Shown piece after piece: positions 61,125 through 64,000 of a stretch of 64,000 nucleotides of DNA. The notes under the pieces were generated by a model. The model had not been told where the DNA came from and did no database searches. It saw nothing but the letters and a program-made list of their open reading frames with translations. Position 1 is the stretch's first letter. Each line of letters begins with the position of its first letter. Source of the DNA: Desulfobacterales bacterium (GTDB lineage Bacteria > Desulfobacterota > Desulfobacteria > Desulfobacterales > UBA5616); contig JAWODC010000082.1 of assembly GCA_046483495.1 (NCBI GenBank), positions 1 to 64,000 on the forward strand, in the 5' to 3' direction. The position numbers and the translations under genes were made by a program.

Positions 61125-62809
61125 GCGAAACGGCATCTCAAAAACCTTTTTTCAATATCGCATCCCGTCTCAAGGAGCAGGCCGTCCGCCGTCCTTACCG
61201 GCGTGCGGTGGTCGCGCCTTGCACACGGGACAGGAACGGACGTGTCGCTTACACGCATTTGACCTTTCGGCAGCTGGACGAAGAGTCCGACGTCCTGGCA
61301 CACGGACTCTCTCGCATCGGCATCACCCGGGGCACCCGAACGGTTCTGATGGTCAAGCCGGGGATCGAATTTTTCGTGTTGACCTTCGCCCTGTTCAAAA
61401 CCGGCGCCGTTCCGGTCGTAGTGGACCCGGGCATGGGAATCCGCCGCATGCTGCTGTGTTTAAAGGAAAGCGTGCCCAAGGCATTTATCGGCATCCCAAA
61501 AGCCCATCTCTTGAGAATACTCTACCCAAAGTATTTTACCACCGTCCAGATCGGCGTTACCGTGGGCCGCAGATGGTTCTGGGGAGGACATGCCTATAAA
61601 AAGCTGACCGGATCGCTTGAAAAGCCCTATCACATGGCGAAAACCCGTCCAAACGACATGGCCGCCATCCTGTTTACCACGGGCAGCACCGGTCCGGCAA
61701 AAGGCGCCGTTTATACGCACGGCACGTTCGATGCGCAACTCGACACCATTCGGTCGTATTTCGAATTCGAAGATGATGAAATCGACCTGCCGACATTCCC
61801 GCTGTTTGCCCTGTTCGATCCCGCCCTCGGGATCACCGCCGTCATTCCGGATATGGATCCCACGAAACCGGCCCGTGCAAACCCGGGAAAAATTTATGAG
61901 GCGCTGTACAACCAGGGCGCCACCAACATGTTCGCCTCACCGGCTTTGTTGCACCGGATCGAACGGTTCGGCACACGACATCATTTCAAACTTCCTGCCC
62001 TGCGCCGCGTAGTGTCGGCCGGAGCACCGGTTTCTCCCGCCATTCTTTCCCGGTTCACGCCGCTGCTGCACGAGACTAGTGAGATTCACACGCCCTATGG
62101 GGCGACGGAAGCGGTGCCCGTGGTCGCCATGGGCAGCAACGAGATTTTATCGGAAACCGCGGGATTGAGCCAAAAGGGGTTTGGCCTGTGCGTGGGGCGT
62201 CCAATGCCCGGTATCGACGTTGAAATCATCACCATCACCGACAAGCCGATTCAGTCCTGGTCGTACGACTTGTTGTCCGGTGATGGCGAAATCGGAGAAA
62301 TCACCGTCAAAGGCGGACTCGTCTCGCAAACGTATTACAACCGCCCCAAGGCGGATGCGCTGGCAAAAATCGATGACGCCGGCTCTATTTGGCATCGGAT
62401 GGGCGATCTCGGTTGGCGGGACAGCAAAGGGCGGATCTGGTTCTGCGGACGAAAAAGCCATCGGGTGATCACCGAAAACGGCACCCTGTTCACGATTCCC
62501 TGCGAAGCGGTTTTCAACAACCATCCCCATGTGTTTCGAAGCGCCCTTGTGGGCGTCGGCCGGCGCCCTATGCAAAAACCCGTCATGGTCGTTGAATTGA
62601 AAAAACATTTCGGCAAGCCATCCAGGGGGAAAGTGAGACAGGAACTGCTCGATATAGCGGGAGAAAGCATATTGACGGAAAACATCGATACGGTTCTGTT
62701 TTACCGAAGTTTGCCCGTTGACATTCGGCACAACGCCAAAATAAACCGGGAAAAACTCGCTGTGTGGGCGGCCCGAAAGTTAAAGCAAAAGAATGGGAGG
62801 AAACGGTGA
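61121..62809 (+). CDS. oleC: OleC beta-lactone synthetase (AMP-dependent ligase)
   Basis: VDPGMG, LFTTGSTGPAKG, DLPTFPLFALF, PYGATE, HRMGD, CGRKSHRV, VDIRHNAKI. Confidence 0.9.
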   Translation: MSETASQKPFFNIASRLKEQAVRRPYRRAVVAPCTRDRNGRVAYTHLTFRQLDEESDVLAHGLSRIGITRGTRTVLMVKPGIEFFVLTFALFKTGAVPVVVDPGMGIRRMLLCLKESVPKAFIGIPKAHLLRILYPKYFTTVQIGVTVGRRWFWGGHAYKKLTGSLEKPYHMAKTRPNDMAAILFTTGSTGPAKGAVYTHGTFDAQLDTIRSYFEFEDDEIDLPTFPLFALFDPALGITAVIPDMDPTKPARANPGKIYEALYNQGATNMFASPALLHRIERFGTRHHFKLPALRRVVSAGAPVSPAILSRFTPLLHETSEIHTPYGATEAVPVVAMGSNEILSETAGLSQKGFGLCVGRPMPGIDVEIITITDKPIQSWSYDLLSGDGEIGEITVKGGLVSQTYYNRPKADALAKIDDAGSIWHRMGDLGWRDSKGRIWFCGRKSHRVITENGTLFTIPCEAVFNNHPHVFRSALVGVGRRPMQKPVMVVELKKHFGKPSRGKVRQELLDIAGESILTENIDTVLFYRSLPVDIRHNAKINREKLAVWAARKLKQKNGRKR

Positions 62810-63837
62810 TGGGCCGACCGGAAACATGCCTGGTAACCGGCGGCGGCGGTTTCCTGGGAAAGGCAATTGTCAAGCAGCTGCGCCGCCGCGGTCATGCCGT
62901 GGTCAGCTTTTCCCGAGGTGATTACCCGGAGCTTGCCGCCATGGGCGCTGCGCACATGACGGGCGATCTATGTGACCGGGCGGCCGTGGAAAACGCCTGC
63001 CAAGGTGTGGATGTCGTATTTCACACTGCAGCCAAGGCAGGCGTCTGGGGCGCATATGACGGCTATTTCCGGACCAACGTGATCGGCACGGACCATATCA
63101 TCGACGCCTGCAGAAAGCATCGGGTAAGCCGCCTGATTTACACCAGTTCGGCAAGCGTCATTTACAACGGGAAAAACATGGCCGGAAACGACGAATCCCT
63201 CCCCTATCCCCGCCGGCATCTAAGCCGTTACGCCAAAACAAAAGCACTTGCCGAACAGCGCATCATCGCAGCATCCGATGAACACCTGCGGACGCTGGTG
63301 CTCAGGCCGCACCTGATCTGGGGACCGGAGGACAGCCAACTGGTGCCGCGCATCATCGAAAGGGCGAACCGGCTCGCGGTGGTGGGACAGGGAAACAACA
63401 TCGCCGACACCATTTACATCGACAATGCCGCCGAAGCACATGTCCTGGCCGCTGACAAACTGTTGGACAACCCCGGCCTGTCCGGCAGGGTTTACTTCAT
63501 CAGCCAGGATGACCGGGTGCCCGTCTGGGAAATGATCAACCGGATACTGGCCGCCGCCGGCCGGCCGCCGGTCAGGCGCCGTGTACCGGCATTTGCGGCA
63601 TGGATCATCGGCGGCCTGATGGAAATGATCTATGCGGCGGCACGCATCGACCGCGAACCGCCGATGACCCGCTTTGTAGCCCGGGAATTGTCCACTTCCC
63701 ATTGGTATGACATCAGCGCGGCGAAGCGGGACCTGGGCTTCTTTCCTCGCATATCGACAAAAGAGGGATTGAACCGCCTTCGCGATTGGCTGCAGGATAC
63801 ATCCGTTACCGGTCCTCCGGCTGTGCCGTCAGGATAG
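62809..63837 (+). CDS. oleD: OleD 2-alkyl-3-oxoalkanoate reductase (3-beta-HSD/SDR family)
   Basis: VTGGGGFLG, HTAAKAGVWG, YTSS.SV, YAKTK, LRPHLIWGP; overlaps the oleC stop. Confidence 0.88.
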   Translation: MGRPETCLVTGGGGFLGKAIVKQLRRRGHAVVSFSRGDYPELAAMGAAHMTGDLCDRAAVENACQGVDVVFHTAAKAGVWGAYDGYFRTNVIGTDHIIDACRKHRVSRLIYTSSASVIYNGKNMAGNDESLPYPRRHLSRYAKTKALAEQRIIAASDEHLRTLVLRPHLIWGPEDSQLVPRIIERANRLAVVGQGNNIADTIYIDNAAEAHVLAADKLLDNPGLSGRVYFISQDDRVPVWEMINRILAAAGRPPVRRRVPAFAAWIIGGLMEMIYAAARIDREPPMTRFVARELSTSHWYDISAAKRDLGFFPRISTKEGLNRLRDWLQDTSVTGPPAVPSG

Positions 63838-63882
63838 CCGCGGCCGTATCGACGAACAGGCTGCAACCGCAACCCGGCGGCC

Positions 63883-64000
63883 TCAGTCCACCGTCATCGC
63901 CGCTTCAACGTTTGCATTCATTTTCCGAAGCGAAGTGCTGAAAAAAAAGAACAAAAAGGCAACGGTCATGGCCATCAGCGATGCCGACCCTACGGCCAGC
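63883..64000 (-). CDS. 3' end of a membrane protein (possibly a transporter), truncated by the window edge
   Basis: Open frame ...LAVGSASLMAMTVAFLFFFFSTSLRKMNANVEAAMTVD* with a hydrophobic helix. Confidence 0.45.
   Translation of the reverse strand, partial: LAVGSASLMAMTVAFLFFFFSTSLRKMNANVEAAMTVD

Overview
64-kb bacterial window whose gene content suggests an anaerobic Desulfobacterota (Desulfobacterales-like) genome; this assignment is an inference. The dominant feature is a lipid-biosynthesis locus. It has a Pfa-type iterative PUFA synthase (pfaD, pfaA with two ACPs, fused pfaBC), and pfaBC runs directly into a complete oleABCD operon, so the locus is predicted to make long-chain, probably polyunsaturated, olefinic hydrocarbons. 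The pfa genes are split by about 14.8 kb. That stretch holds (i) an Fe-S operon whose IscS/NifS homolog lacks the PLP-binding lysine, (ii) an AT-richer signalling cassette (V4R-like hybrid kinase, B12 radical SAM, methyltransferase, tandem-PilZ protein with a GNAT-like tail), (iii) a MerR-HTH/class III cyclase fusion with a repeated palindromic operator, and (iv) an internally deleted helicase pseudogene. The left half holds an OrpR-like sigma54 activator with two sigma54 promoters, a DUF169-CoaE fusion operon, metF, a LeuC/D/B plus thiolase-like operon, fused hisHF, an Hsp20 remnant, a CoA-disulfide reductase-rhodanese, carB, an Xaa-Pro peptidase and xerD. Two copies of a short MITE-like element are present. 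No rRNA, tRNA or CRISPR array was recognised. All calls come from motif recognition by eye; no database searches were run.
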